Source of the DNA: an uncultured Clostridia bacterium
Lineage (GTDB): Bacteria; Bacillota; Clostridia; Christensenellales; CAG-138
Direction of reading: 5' to 3'
Assembly: GCA_947168855.1 (NCBI GenBank)
Contig: CAMVNO010000003.1
Location: forward strand, 24,574 to 88,573
Length of the DNA: 64,000 nt
Both the position numbers and the translations under genes were made by a program. Below are positions 9,709 to 20,500 of this stretch, piece by piece (the stretch's first letter is position 1; each line of letters starts with the position of its first letter). A model generated the notes under the pieces. That model was not told the DNA's origin. It searched no databases and saw only the letters and a list, made by a program, of their open reading frames with translations.

Positions 9709-9738
9709 TGATTCAAACAAGATGAGGAGCGTGGCACA

Positions 9739-10200
9739 ATGGATCATGATTATCATGAGGCAATGAAGCTCAAAAATCAGCTGTGCTTTCCGCTGTATGC
9801 GGCGTCAAGGAACGTAATCGGTCTCTATACGCCGTATCTAAGTCCGCTCGGTCTGACATATACGCAGTATATCGTCTTTCTGACGCTGTGGGAGAAGGAC
9901 GGGGTCACGGTCGGTGAACTTTGCGAAACGCTGATGCTGGATAACGGGACGATTTCTCCCCTGCTGAAAAAGATGCAGCAGGCGGGGTATATTAAGCGAA
10001 CAAGAAGCGAAAAGGATGACCGCGTGGTCGTGATCTCGCTGACGGAAGCGGGAAGAGCGCTGCAGGAGCAGGCAAAGGATATTCCCGCGAAGGCGGCAAA
10101 CTGCATAGCGTTGCCGCCGGAGAAAGCGCAGGCGCTTTATGCGCTGCTGTATGAACTGTTGGACAACCGGAAGAACCATAGAAAGGAGCAAAAACAATGA
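9739..10200 (+). CDS. MarR-family transcriptional regulator (OhrR-like context)
   Basis: 153 aa with a winged-HTH MarR pattern (TYTQYIVFLTLWE...LLKKMQQAGYIKRTRSEKDDRVV). Overlaps the start of the downstream peroxidase gene. Confidence 0.85.
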   Translation: MDHDYHEAMKLKNQLCFPLYAASRNVIGLYTPYLSPLGLTYTQYIVFLTLWEKDGVTVGELCETLMLDNGTISPLLKKMQQAGYIKRTRSEKDDRVVVISLTEAGRALQEQAKDIPAKAANCIALPPEKAQALYALLYELLDNRKNHRKEQKQ

Positions 10201-10742
10201 AAACAGTGTATGATTTCACAGCAAAAGACAGAAAAGGAAACAACGTGAGCCTCTCGGCATATGCAGGCAAAGTGCTGCTGATCGTCAACACGGCGACCGG
10301 CTGCGGCTTTACGCCGCATTACGATCCGCTCGAAGCAATGTACAAAGAAATGAAGGACAAGGGCTTTGAGATTCTGGACTTCCCCTGCAATCAGTTTGCC
10401 AATCAGGCGCCCGGCAGCGAGGATGAGATCCACGAATTCTGCACGCTGAAATTCGGCACGGACTTCCCGCAGTTTAAGAAGATCGACGTCAACGGCGAGA
10501 CTGCCGATCCGCTGTTTGCATACCTTGCGGCGGAAAAGCCGTTCGAGGGCTTCGGAAAGGGCATCAAAAACGCCATGCTCGAAAAGTTCGCCAAGATGAA
10601 CAACAAGCAGTTCGGTGACAAGGCGTACATCAAGTGGAACTTCACAAAATTCTTGATCGACCGCGAAGGCAGAGTCGTTGCGCGCTTCGAGCCGACCGTC
10701 GATATGGCGGATGTCAAAAAGGCCGTCGAAGAAATTCTGTAG
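10197..10742 (+). CDS. Glutathione peroxidase family protein
   Basis: 181 aa. Has NTATGCGFT (Cys in the active-site position), FPCNQF and WNFTKFL motifs. Confidence 0.9.
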   Translation: MKTVYDFTAKDRKGNNVSLSAYAGKVLLIVNTATGCGFTPHYDPLEAMYKEMKDKGFEILDFPCNQFANQAPGSEDEIHEFCTLKFGTDFPQFKKIDVNGETADPLFAYLAAEKPFEGFGKGIKNAMLEKFAKMNNKQFGDKAYIKWNFTKFLIDREGRVVARFEPTVDMADVKKAVEEIL

Positions 10743-10802
10743 GAAAAAACCGAACCGGATCTGCACTTGACAGCATTTATTTCGGATGGTACGAAAAGGC
10801 AA

Positions 10803-11285
10803 ATGACAGTATTCAGAGAAATGCAGAGAAAGAAACAGAAGCTTTCGGAGGAGGAATGCATCCGCCTGCTCAAAACCGAACTGCGCGGCGTGCTGTGCGT
10901 TCTGGGCGACGACGACTATCCGTACGGCGTACCGATCAACCACTGCTATTGCGAAACGGACGGAAAGATCTATTTCCACGGCGGCAGGACGGGGCATAAG
11001 ATCGACGCCTTAAAGCGGCATCAAAAAGCATCCTTCTGCGTCTATGATAAGGGCTTCCGTAAAGATGGGGAATGGGCGCTGAACATTCGGTCGGTCATCG
11101 TTTTCGGCAGAATCGAGTTTATTGAGGATCAAGATGTCATGATTCGGATGGCCGAAGCGCTCAGCCGGAAATTTACGGATGACGAAGCGTACATCAGAAG
11201 CGAGATCGAGCGTTCCGGACCGAGCACATTGATGTTTGCATTGATCCCGGAACATATCACAGGGAAGATCGTCAACGAAGCATAG
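10803..11285 (+). CDS. Pyridoxamine 5'-phosphate oxidase family protein (Nim-like)
   Basis: ORF track starts at TTG 10767; ATG 10803 is preferred. MQRKKQKLSEEECIRLL...GDDDYPYGVPINH...IYFHG is the typical Nim/PNPOx pattern. Confidence 0.7.
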   Translation: MTVFREMQRKKQKLSEEECIRLLKTELRGVLCVLGDDDYPYGVPINHCYCETDGKIYFHGGRTGHKIDALKRHQKASFCVYDKGFRKDGEWALNIRSVIVFGRIEFIEDQDVMIRMAEALSRKFTDDEAYIRSEIERSGPSTLMFALIPEHITGKIVNEA

Positions 11286-11344
11286 GTTGCTGAAACTGAA
11301 TACAGGACAACACAATTCGGCAACAGGAGAAATCAGAGTACAGT

Positions 11345-12484
11345 ATGAAAGAACAAAACAATGATATTGACGTCCTTGCGGCAAACAGAGAGAAAACGAT
11401 CGTTAAAACCAGCATCATCGGTATCCTGACGAACGTGCTGCTCGTCGGATTCAAAGCGTTCGTCGGGCTGATGTCCAACTCCATCGCGATCATTCTGGAT
11501 GCGGTCAACAATCTGTCCGATGCACTTTCGTCTGTCGTGACGATCATCGGCGCGAAGCTCGGTGCAAAGCAGCCTGACAAAAAGCATCCGCTGGGCTACG
11601 GCAGGATCGAATATCTGAGTTCCATGATCGTCGCCGCGCTCGTGCTTTACGCAGGCATCACGTCATTGGTGGAATCGATCAAAAAGATCATCCGCCCGGA
11701 AGCCGCCGAATACGGTACCGTAACGCTCGTCATCATCTCGGTGGCGATCGTTGTCAAACTGATTCTCGGTCTGTACGTGAAAAAACAGGGTAAAAAGGTC
11801 AACTCCGGTGCGCTCGTTGCCTCCGGCTCGGACGCCATGTTTGATGCGATCCTGTCCGCTTCGGTGCTTGCTTCGGCGATCGTTTATCTGATCTGGGGCG
11901 TCTCACTGGAAGCATACGTCGGCGTCGTGATTGCCGGATTCATCATCAAGGCGGGCGTCGAAATGATGATTGAAACGCTGAACGACATCATCGGCAAGCG
12001 CGAGGATGCGGAGACCACGAAGGAGCTGAAACAGATTATCTGTGAGGAAGAATCCGTTCTCGGCGCGTATGACGTGACGCTGTTCAATTACGGACCGAAC
12101 AGGAACTACGGCTCCGTGCATGTGGAACTGCCGGACACGCTGACCGTTGACGACGTCGACCGTATTACGCGTAAAATTCAGGTTGACGTTTATCAAAAGA
12201 CCGGCGTGATCCTGACCGGTATCGGTGTGTATTCCTACAACACGTCGAACGACGAAGCAGCGCAAATGCGCAACAAGGTTCAGGAAACTGTCCTGTCGCA
12301 CGAATGGGCATTGCAGATGCACGGCTTCTATGCGGACACGGAAAAGAAAACGGCTCGTTTCGACGTCGTCATGAGCTTCGACGTCGACCGGAAAGAAGCT
12401 CTTGAAACAATGTACAAAGAAATCTGCGGAATGTATCCGGACTACGAAATCGTGATCGTGCCGGATGTGGACGTTGCCGATTGA
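11345..12484 (+). CDS. Cation diffusion facilitator (CDF) family transporter
   Basis: 379 aa with six TM segments, the SDALSS signature in TM2 and a C-terminal cytoplasmic domain. Confidence 0.85.
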   Translation: MKEQNNDIDVLAANREKTIVKTSIIGILTNVLLVGFKAFVGLMSNSIAIILDAVNNLSDALSSVVTIIGAKLGAKQPDKKHPLGYGRIEYLSSMIVAALVLYAGITSLVESIKKIIRPEAAEYGTVTLVIISVAIVVKLILGLYVKKQGKKVNSGALVASGSDAMFDAILSASVLASAIVYLIWGVSLEAYVGVVIAGFIIKAGVEMMIETLNDIIGKREDAETTKELKQIICEEESVLGAYDVTLFNYGPNRNYGSVHVELPDTLTVDDVDRITRKIQVDVYQKTGVILTGIGVYSYNTSNDEAAQMRNKVQETVLSHEWALQMHGFYADTEKKTARFDVVMSFDVDRKEALETMYKEICGMYPDYEIVIVPDVDVAD

Positions 12485-12799
12485 CAACAGCGAAGCGCTG
12501 AAAGACAGAAAAACCTCTCGCCGGAGGGCAGCGAGAAAGCGCAGGCGCGTGTGATCGGCGTCACGCTGCTGACGAGGCACAGTATCGCTGCCTGCATCTT
12601 TGCGGGTGCAATCCGGATCTGCGGCGTGTATGCGTTTATCAAGCGCGGTTTTCCGGGCTATATGGCGGGTACGATGATGTTTGTGTTCTTCGCAGCGAAC
12701 TGCGAGTGTTCTTCTTCCCGGACGATCTCGCCGTACTCGTGTTGCTTGAAGTCGTCGGCATGGTGACTTCCGGTATACTCGGTCGTATCGGAAAGCAAA

Positions 12800-13960
12800 A
12801 TGGAACACGCACGAATCAACGGGGAAACCTATATGTGGCTGATCATCATCGGGCTGATGCTTGCGGCGTTTGCAGGCGGACTATTGTACATCTCCTTCCG
12901 GGCAGCGCACTTTGCGGCGGTGCAGCGGGTCGCGCATGGCAGGAAATGGCTTGCGCGCCTGCTGTGCTTCGGATTTTTCGTTCTTTTGACTGCGGTTTTA
13001 TGGCTTGCATGGAACATGATGAACGCCGTCGCCTGCATGATCCATCTCGTCCTTTTCTGGCTGATCTGCGATTTTGCGGCATTTCTCGTCGAAAAGATTG
13101 GAAAGAAACGCCCGAAACGGTATCTTGCGGGTGCCGCAGCGATTGCCCTTTGTGTATTATGGCTTGCGGGAGGATGGATCGCCGAGCATCATGTATGGGT
13201 AACGAACTATTCCTTCGCATCGAATAAACTGGATCGGGATCTGCGGATCGTACAAATGACAGATTCGCATATCGGCGCGACCTTCGATGCAGAGGGGTTT
13301 ACCCGGCACATCGAGCGGATCAACAATCTGCACCCGGACGCGGTTGTGATCACCGGCGATTTCGTGGACGACGATACCTCGCGGCAGGATATGCTTTCCG
13401 CCTGCGACGCCTTGGGAAAGCTCACCGCACCGCAAGGCGTATTCTTTGTCTACGGCAATCACGACAAAGGATATTTCAGCGAATCGAACCGCGGCTGGAG
13501 CAGCGCGGAACTCAGAAACAGACTGGAGCAGAACGGCGTGATCGTATTGGAGGACGTATCGGTTTCGGTCGGGGACAGTCTTTGCATCGTTGGGAGGAAG
13601 GATCGATCCGAGGAGCAGAGAAGCGGCGGACGCATGACGGCGGAAGAACTGCTGTCGTCTGTTGATATGGATCGATACGTTATTCTTCTGGATCACCAGC
13701 CGTATGATTTCGATGCCGAAGCGGCGGCGGGCGCGGATCTTGTGCTGTGCGGGCATACGCACGGCGGTCAGTTCATCCCGATCAACCATATCGGCGAATG
13801 GATCGGCGAAAACGCCCTGCGTTATGGACACGAAAAGCGGCAAAACACCGATTTTATCGTATCGAGCGGCGTCAGCAACTGGACGTTCCGATTCAAGACC
13901 GGATGTCATTCGGAGATCGTTGTGATCGATCTCAAGGCGAATTCGTTTGGAAGGAATTGA
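12800..13960 (+). CDS. Membrane-anchored metallophosphoesterase
   Basis: N-terminal TM helices followed by MTDSH, GDFVDD, GNHD and GHTHGG calcineurin-like motifs. The start may instead be 12833. Confidence 0.85.
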   Translation: MEHARINGETYMWLIIIGLMLAAFAGGLLYISFRAAHFAAVQRVAHGRKWLARLLCFGFFVLLTAVLWLAWNMMNAVACMIHLVLFWLICDFAAFLVEKIGKKRPKRYLAGAAAIALCVLWLAGGWIAEHHVWVTNYSFASNKLDRDLRIVQMTDSHIGATFDAEGFTRHIERINNLHPDAVVITGDFVDDDTSRQDMLSACDALGKLTAPQGVFFVYGNHDKGYFSESNRGWSSAELRNRLEQNGVIVLEDVSVSVGDSLCIVGRKDRSEEQRSGGRMTAEELLSSVDMDRYVILLDHQPYDFDAEAAAGADLVLCGHTHGGQFIPINHIGEWIGENALRYGHEKRQNTDFIVSSGVSNWTFRFKTGCHSEIVVIDLKANSFGRN

Positions 13961-13973
13961 GAGGGGTAAATAA

Positions 13974-14116
13974 ATGCGTTACAGGGAATTGGGCAACACG
14001 GGACTGCTCGTCAGCGAGATCGGCATGGGCTGCGAGGGGTTTTCCGAGAACAACTGTGCTATGACAAAGGAACTGTTCAATCTTGCGGAGCGGGAGGGGA
14101 TCAATTACTTCGATGC
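13974..14116 (+). pseudogene. Aldo/keto reductase, N-terminal fragment only
   Basis: MRYRELGNTGLLVSEIGMGCEGF...REGINYFDA is a canonical AKR N-terminus. Homology and GC-rich composition end at about 14116, exactly where the convergent AT-richer GNAT gene stops. Confidence 0.75.
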
Positions 14117-15055
14117 TTATTTGAGATTTTTATACCAGAAGCTAACGCTGCTCTCTGTGAAAAACCCCGCGGCGGCGTAGAATTCTTTTCTCCATCCGAA
14201 GGAATCCACATAGCACCTTTCAATACCGTGTTTTTTGCACCGCATAACCGCGCCATGAAGCATAGCAGTACCAATTCCTTTGCGACGATACTTTTCTCTC
14301 GTACTTACCGGTTCTATCAAGGCCGACTTTGTTCTTTTGTCAACATAAACAAAGCAGTATGCACAGACATCGTTCCCTTCTGCAGCGTTTTCGTCCACAA
14401 CGACACACTCAAAGCTGTCTCGGAACAGGGATGAATTCTTTCTTGCACGATATGGATTCATACCGGCTTTATAGTCAAGCGATTCCCAATCGGGATGAAA
14501 GCCCAGACGGAGCGCACTCCATTTATTCTCCTCATTTGGATAGGCTTCTCCAAAGAAGAACCGAAAGCCACTCGGTAGATCAATCGTCACATCTGCGTTC
14601 AATGGGCATATACAGTTTATGTATTCTTTTTCCGAATACTCCCTGTAGCCCGAATCATTCAGCGTTTTGCGCATATAAGCGAAACTGTCACTTACCGCGA
14701 CCCAAAACTTGATCGTCCCTTCGTCCGCCTCTGCAAACAGAGGCCGGCAATTCTCTTCGCTGAACGCGATCATGGATGGGAAGATATGCTCATAGCCGCC
14801 TTTGACACTCACATAAATGTTTTCGCCGTCAGGAAGGATGCAGGCAGCGATTTCTTCATTGTCTTCCCAGAGAAAAATGTAATCCGAAGACCTTTTTCTA
14901 TCCTCGTCTCTCTCCTGCGCGTTGACTCTGTAGATAAGGTCATGCAATCTTTCCGGCAGCCATGAATCCGCAGTATGATTCTCATAATATTGACTTCGCA
15001 AAAATGCTTCCAGGCGATCCAGGTCCTGATCCATTTGAAAATGTATTATTTTCAT
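14117..15055 (-). CDS. GNAT-family N-acetyltransferase
   Basis: C-terminal acetyl-CoA motif (REKYRRKGIGTAML). ATG at 15055 is preferred over the upstream start. AT-richer than the backbone. Confidence 0.75.
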   Translation of the reverse strand: MKIIHFQMDQDLDRLEAFLRSQYYENHTADSWLPERLHDLIYRVNAQERDEDRKRSSDYIFLWEDNEEIAACILPDGENIYVSVKGGYEHIFPSMIAFSEENCRPLFAEADEGTIKFWVAVSDSFAYMRKTLNDSGYREYSEKEYINCICPLNADVTIDLPSGFRFFFGEAYPNEENKWSALRLGFHPDWESLDYKAGMNPYRARKNSSLFRDSFECVVVDENAAEGNDVCAYCFVYVDKRTKSALIEPVSTREKYRRKGIGTAMLHGAVMRCKKHGIERCYVDSFGWRKEFYAAAGFFTESSVSFWYKNLK

Positions 15056-15134
15056 TGTTCGCCTTCTTTCACGCTTTACAAGCCCCAATTCCTCGCGTTA
15101 AGTATACCATGCGCTGGCAGTTATAACAACAAAA

Positions 15135-15171
15135 AACCTCTCTTGTCTTGGCAGACAAAAGAGGTTTTTTT
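15135..15171. terminator. Bidirectional hairpin with flanking A/T runs, immediately before a tRNA-end 12-mer
   Basis: aacctctcttgtc/ttggca/gacaaaagaggtt is flanked by aaaaa and ttttttt and followed by the 12-mer tggttgcggggg (15174-15185). The arrangement resembles that at 60688-60729. Confidence 0.6.
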
Positions 15172-15418
15172 CATGGTTGCGGGGGAGATTTTCATTGAGT
15201 ACGCACATGAAAAGTTCCCGTTCCTGCTTGGTAGAAAGTGTACTTTTGACATATATGGCGCCTATTTATCAGTGATTTGAAGATGATCCCGTTCTTTGAC
15301 AAACAACCCGATTTCTCTTGTAAATACGCATCTGCTGAATACATGCTGCGGGGGTCATTGAACCACGCAGAAACGGGGATAAAAACGATACTGAATCAAT
15401 CGTTACAAAAAAGAATAC

Positions 15419-15512
15419 TTGACTTCGCCGTACGGCTAAATTATAATGAAATTGATCAAAATAAGCCGTACGGCTAAATTGTGCCGAAGTATTTTCAAAT
15501 GAGCCGTTCGGC
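15419..15512 (+). promoter_or_regulatory. hipBA promoter with three operator-like palindromes
   Basis: TTGACT at 15419-15424, a 17-nt spacer and TATAAT at 15442-15447. GCCGTACGGC occurs at 15427-15436 (inside the spacer) and 15465-15474. A GCCGTTCGGC variant at 15503-15512 abuts the RBS. Confidence 0.6.
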
Positions 15513-15524
15513 GAAGGAGTGCAT

Positions 15525-15734
15525 ATGATCGTAACAGATGCCAAATCATTCGGAGAAGCTATCCGCAAAAGACGGAAGCAGCTGGGCTATACGCAGGCTT
15601 ATCTTTCCGAGTTTACCGGGATGAGCGTCAGCTTTCTGTCCGATTTGGAAAACGGAAAGCCAACGATAGAACTGGAGAAAGCGATCCGTATCGCAAACCA
15701 GTTGGGCCTGGATTGCTCTGTGACGGAGAGGTAA
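15525..15734 (+). CDS. hipB: XRE-family HTH antitoxin (HipB-like)
   Basis: About 70 aa. The HTH (LGYTQAYLSEFTGMSVSFLSDLENGK) is present, aaggag lies 5 nt upstream of ATG 15525, and hipA follows 3 nt downstream. Confidence 0.85.
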   Translation: MIVTDAKSFGEAIRKRRKQLGYTQAYLSEFTGMSVSFLSDLENGKPTIELEKAIRIANQLGLDCSVTER

Positions 15735-15737
15735 CAA

Positions 15738-17009
15738 ATGGAATTTACGGTCTGTATCGATATTAAGGGGAAACCGGTTGCTGTCGGATCGATTTCGGGA
15801 GAGAGCAGTGCGGACGCGCGGTTCACATACGCAGCCGATTATCTGAATGCATCCGAAGCGGTTGCGATCTCCTTCAGCCTGCCGCTTCGATCGGAGCCGT
15901 TCTCAGCGGAGCAAACCAAATGCTTTTTTGACGGATTATTGCCGGAAGGTTTCACGCGCCGCGCGGTCGCATCGAATCTGCACCTGGATGAAAATGATTA
16001 TGTGCAGATCCTGTATCAGCTCGGCCGTGAATGCATCGGCGCGCTGCGCGTGTATCGAAAGGGAGAAAAGCCGCAGGCGTTTTATGATAAGCTGACGCGC
16101 GAACAGGTCCGTGAATTGGCGCGTGAAGGGGCGACCGAATCTGCAGCGGTCGTGATCGAATCCAGGCTGTCGCTTGCCGGTGCGACCGGGAAAGTCGGTT
16201 TATACCGGGATCCGAAGACGGGGGAGTGGTACCTGCCCCGCGGAACGGCGCCGAGCACCCATATCGTGAAGCAAAGCCATGTTCGGCTGGAACGGATCGT
16301 TCCGAATGAACTGCTATGCTTGCTGACGGCGAAGCAATGCGGGATCGACGTTCCGGAAACGACGATCATCGATCTCGGATCCGGAAAGGATGAGGACATC
16401 CTGCTTGCGTCCGAACGGTTTGATCGCCGCTTTTCGGAACAATCTGCATTCGCGAATGAATTGCCAATGCCGCTGCGTTTGCATCAGGAGGATTTCGCAC
16501 AGGCGTTGGGCATCCCGGCGTCACGGAAATACGAAAACGGGGACCGGCATCTTGCAAAGATGTTCGCGCTGCTGCGCACGCATTCTTCCCAGCCGATCGA
16601 GGACCAGCTGAAGCTATGGGACAGGATCGTATTCAATTGTCTGATCGGGAACACCGACGGTCATCTGAAGAACTATTCTTTGCTGTACAGCGAGGATCTG
16701 AAGACGGTCCGACTTGCCCCGGCATATGACGTGATCAATACGATCGGCTACAAAGGTATGACGCATGAAATGTCATTTATGATCGGCAACGCAAAACGGA
16801 TCGAAGACGTAACGCGCGATTCCTTCCGCACGGCAGCCAGGGAAGCCGGACTTGGTGAACGGATGGCGCTGAACCGACTGGACGTGATGGCCAAACGCTT
16901 CCGCCCGGCGCTGGAATCTGCGGCTGAGACGCTGATACATCAGGGTGTCAAAGGAGTAGATGCGCTGAAAGCAATCATACTGGATCGCAACCCAAACACG
17001 TTGCAATAA
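15738..17009 (+). CDS. hipA: Type II toxin HipA-family serine/threonine kinase
   Basis: 423 aa with a HipA N-terminal coupling domain and the catalytic loop GNTDGHLKNYS. Confidence 0.9.
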   Translation: MEFTVCIDIKGKPVAVGSISGESSADARFTYAADYLNASEAVAISFSLPLRSEPFSAEQTKCFFDGLLPEGFTRRAVASNLHLDENDYVQILYQLGRECIGALRVYRKGEKPQAFYDKLTREQVRELAREGATESAAVVIESRLSLAGATGKVGLYRDPKTGEWYLPRGTAPSTHIVKQSHVRLERIVPNELLCLLTAKQCGIDVPETTIIDLGSGKDEDILLASERFDRRFSEQSAFANELPMPLRLHQEDFAQALGIPASRKYENGDRHLAKMFALLRTHSSQPIEDQLKLWDRIVFNCLIGNTDGHLKNYSLLYSEDLKTVRLAPAYDVINTIGYKGMTHEMSFMIGNAKRIEDVTRDSFRTAAREAGLGERMALNRLDVMAKRFRPALESAAETLIHQGVKGVDALKAIILDRNPNTLQ

Positions 17010-17221
17010 ATACACTCCCTTCATCTTACCTTGCAATAATGCGAAGCACGATGACCGCATCGTGCTTTTTTATTGCTCATATTTGATCAAAAACATGGCA
17101 AAAACGGTATAAATCGATAATAAATTAGCAGTGACAATTTTTTCTGCGAACACACATTCGCACATTTGTATGTTACAAATCACAGTGATATTCTTATTCC
17201 AAACAGAAAGGAGAAGAGCAT

Positions 17222-17437
17222 ATGAGTAAAATCATTAGGAACATGATACGGTGCAATACTTGCGGGGACACTATTGAAAGCACATCGCGCCACGATTTCA
17301 AATACTGCAAATGTGGTCGTGTGTTTGTCGATGGCGGCCATGACTATCTTTGCAGAGGATATACTGTTTCTCCAGTGGATTTCACCGAGTTATCTGTGGA
17401 AGCAGAAGACGATTCGTCTGAAGATAGTTCAAAATGA
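17222..17437 (+). CDS. Small zinc-ribbon protein, function unknown
   Basis: 71 aa with CNTCG...CKCG Cys pairs and an acidic tail. Good RBS (aaaggagaag). AT-rich. Confidence 0.55.
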   Translation: MSKIIRNMIRCNTCGDTIESTSRHDFKYCKCGRVFVDGGHDYLCRGYTVSPVDFTELSVEAEDDSSEDSSK

Positions 17438-17455
17438 TTCACATCCCAAATCAAC

Positions 17456-17484
17456 TTGAATAATGCACGTTTTTACGTTATAAT
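17456..17484 (+). promoter_or_regulatory. Candidate promoter of the helicase-NUDIX operon
   Basis: TTGAAT at 17456-17461, a 17-nt spacer and TATAAT at 17479-17484, about 30 nt upstream of ATG 17517. Confidence 0.45.
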
Positions 17485-17516
17485 TGCATTAATCAATTCA
17501 GATGGTGGAGAGACAC

Positions 17517-20500
17517 ATGCTTCCAACCGGTTTATACGAACAGATTATCAGTAAAGCATTGGATCGAGAGCTTGCCATATCGGACAAGCGCAGCCAGACT
17601 GCGCCGATCGATGACGCTGAAGCGGCTAAAATCCTGGCGAAATATGTAGCAGAAATCGTCGAACGCGGGCTTGAGAACGTGAAGGATAACGGCGGTGGTC
17701 TGAACTCCCAGGTGGAGCTTGTGAATCGCATTGTATCTACTATCGTCAATGAGACAAGGGAAGAAGCATTCGAAGGGATGTCCGTTGCGGAACGTGCTGA
17801 GCAGCTGCTGGCATTGCTTGATACAAAGAATACGATCCATGCAGTCGATGCGCGCGCGGAGATCGTCCGTCCGGAAACATCGATCGCGCAGAGCTCGCTC
17901 TTTACCGGCGCGGTGCATGAACCGCAGATGTATACGGAGCTGAAAAAAGAGATCGTTTCCTGCGACCGTATCGATATGATCGTGTCGTTCATCAAATGGA
18001 GCGGCCTACGGCTGATCATCAACGAACTGACCGAATTCACACAAAACGGTGGGGAACTGCGCATCATCACGACCTCGTATATGGGCGCAACGGATGTCAA
18101 GGCAATCGAAGAACTGCGCAAGCTTCCGAATACTCGGATCAAGGTCAGCTATAACACCAACATCACGCGCCTGCACGCAAAGGCATATATCTTTTATCGC
18201 GACACCGGCTTTACAACGGCGTATGTCGGTTCGTCCAATATTTCCAATGCTGCGCTGACCAGCGGCTTGGAATGGAATACGAAAATTACGAAAAAGGATC
18301 TTCCGGAAACGATCGATAAGGTTGCTGCGACCTTTGAGTTTTACTGGAATGATAAAGAATTTGAATACTACGACGAAGGGCAGTGCGAGCGTCTTGCCCG
18401 TGCACTGAAAGCGGAACGATACCACGACACCAATAATCCGGCATTGTACACGGTGGATGTGCAGCCGTATTCGTATCAACAGGAGATTCTTGATCGACTG
18501 GATGCGGAGCGCACGGTGCGAGGGTATTATCGCAACCTGGTCGTAGCAGCTACCGGAACAGGGAAAACGATCATTTCCGCATTAGACTATAAGCGCTTCT
18601 GCAAACGGAATCCGGACAAGCCATGCAGGCTGCTGTTCGTTGCCCATCGTGAGGAGATCCTGCAGCAGAGCATAGCCGCATTTCGTGCTGTGTTGAAGGA
18701 TGCGAACTTCGGTGCGCTGTTTGTCGGCAATTATCGGCCGGAGAGCATCGACCATCTGTTCATGTCGATCCAGACATTCAATTCGCAATCCTTCACGGAA
18801 AAGACGACGGCAGATTTGTATGACTATATCATCGTGGACGAGTTCCACCATGCTGCCGCGCCGACCTATCAAAAGCTGCTGTCATATTATCAGCCAAAGA
18901 TCCTGCTCGGATTGACAGCGACCCCGGAACGCATGGACGGCAGAAGCATTTTGCCGTACTTCAATAACCGTATTGCAGCGGAGATCCGCTTGCCGGAAGC
19001 GATCGACCGGAAGCTCTTGTGCCCGTTCCAATACTTCGGCGTGACGGATACAATCGATCTGGATTCGCTGAAATGGGCGAGGGGCGGATATGACCGGGCA
19101 GAGCTGTCGAACATTTACACGTTCAGCGGATACGAGGCAAGACGCCGCGCGGATCATGTGATTTCATCTTTGCTGAAATATGTAACAGATATCGATGACG
19201 TCAAGGGACTGGGCTTCTGTGTCACAATCGAACACGCCGGGTTTATGGCGGAGTATTTCAATGCACACGGCATCCCGTCGATCTGCCTGACCGGCGAATC
19301 CTCCGACGAGGAACGTAAAACGGCGAAGAGACGGCTTGTGTCCGGAGAGATCCGATTCATCTTCGTAGTCGATATTTACAACGAAGGTGTCGACATTCCG
19401 GAGGTCAACACGGTTCTGTTCCTGCGACCGACCGAATCGCTGACGATCTTTTTACAGCAGCTTGGACGCGGTCTGCGCCTTGCTGAAAACAAAGATTGCC
19501 TGACCGTTCTTGACTTCATCGGACAGGCGAACCGAAAGTACAATTTCGAGGACAAGTTCGCTGCGCTGCTTTCCAATACAACGCGCGGTGTGTCGCGTGA
19601 GATCAAGGAAGGCTTCACTTCTCTGCCGAAGGGCTGTTATGTGCAGCTCGAAAAGAAAGCGGAAAGCTATATCCTGGACAATATCCGCGCTTCCTACGGT
19701 AGCAGCGCGGGTCTCGTATCGCGCATCGAGGGCTTTGAAAAGGATACCGGACGCGAGCTGACGCTTGCAAACTTCCTGGAGTATTACCATCTCGATCCGC
19801 GTGCTATTTACAAATATGCGACGTTTTCACGTCTTTGTGCGCGTGCAGGCGTGATGGATGATTTCATTGAGCCGTTGGAAGAAACACTGACAAAAGCATT
19901 TTCGCGCCTTGCGGTCATCGACTCCCGCCGTTGGATCAGGTTTCTTTTGGATTTGCTCCCGCGTTTGGACGATGTGGATTTCGCCGCCTTGCCCGATTTG
20001 GAAAAGCGGATGTTGCAGATGTTTTATGTCACGGTGTGGAGCAAAACCGCGGATGACTGGAACAGCGACGAGGTGCTGGACAATCTGTATGCGCTTGCCG
20101 ACAGCCCGGTGCTGCTCGGCGAGCTTTGCACATTGTTGCAGTACCGCTACGATCATATCGACTTCATCGACGAACCGGTCGATCTCGGGTTCGAATGCCC
20201 GCTCGATCTGCATTGCACCTATACGCGCGATCAGCTGCTCGTAGCGCTCGATTTCATGAAGCCCGCGACCGTGCGCGAAGGCGTCAAGTGGCTGCCGGAT
20301 AAGAAGCTGGATGTGTTCTTTGTCACGCTGAATAAAGCGGATAAGGATTATTCGCCTACGACGATGTACAACGATTATTCCATCAACAGTGAGCTGTTCC
20401 ACTGGCAGAGTCAAAGCACCACGGCCGCAGAGTCGCCGACGGGGCAGCGGTATATTCATCATCAGGAGCGCGGCAGCCGCGTACTGCTGTTCGTCCGTGA

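Noticed and set aside
12485-12799. Possible decayed gene in the 315-nt gap between the CDF transporter and the metallophosphoesterase, where small ORFs lie on both strands
   Set aside because: The minus-strand translation has protein-like stretches but is interrupted by a stop. I recognise no family and cannot support a call.
13974-14180. Intact 68-aa gene
   Set aside because: The first ~48 residues are a textbook aldo/keto reductase N-terminus. The remainder is read-through into the antisense of the GNAT gene end. I called it a truncated fragment.
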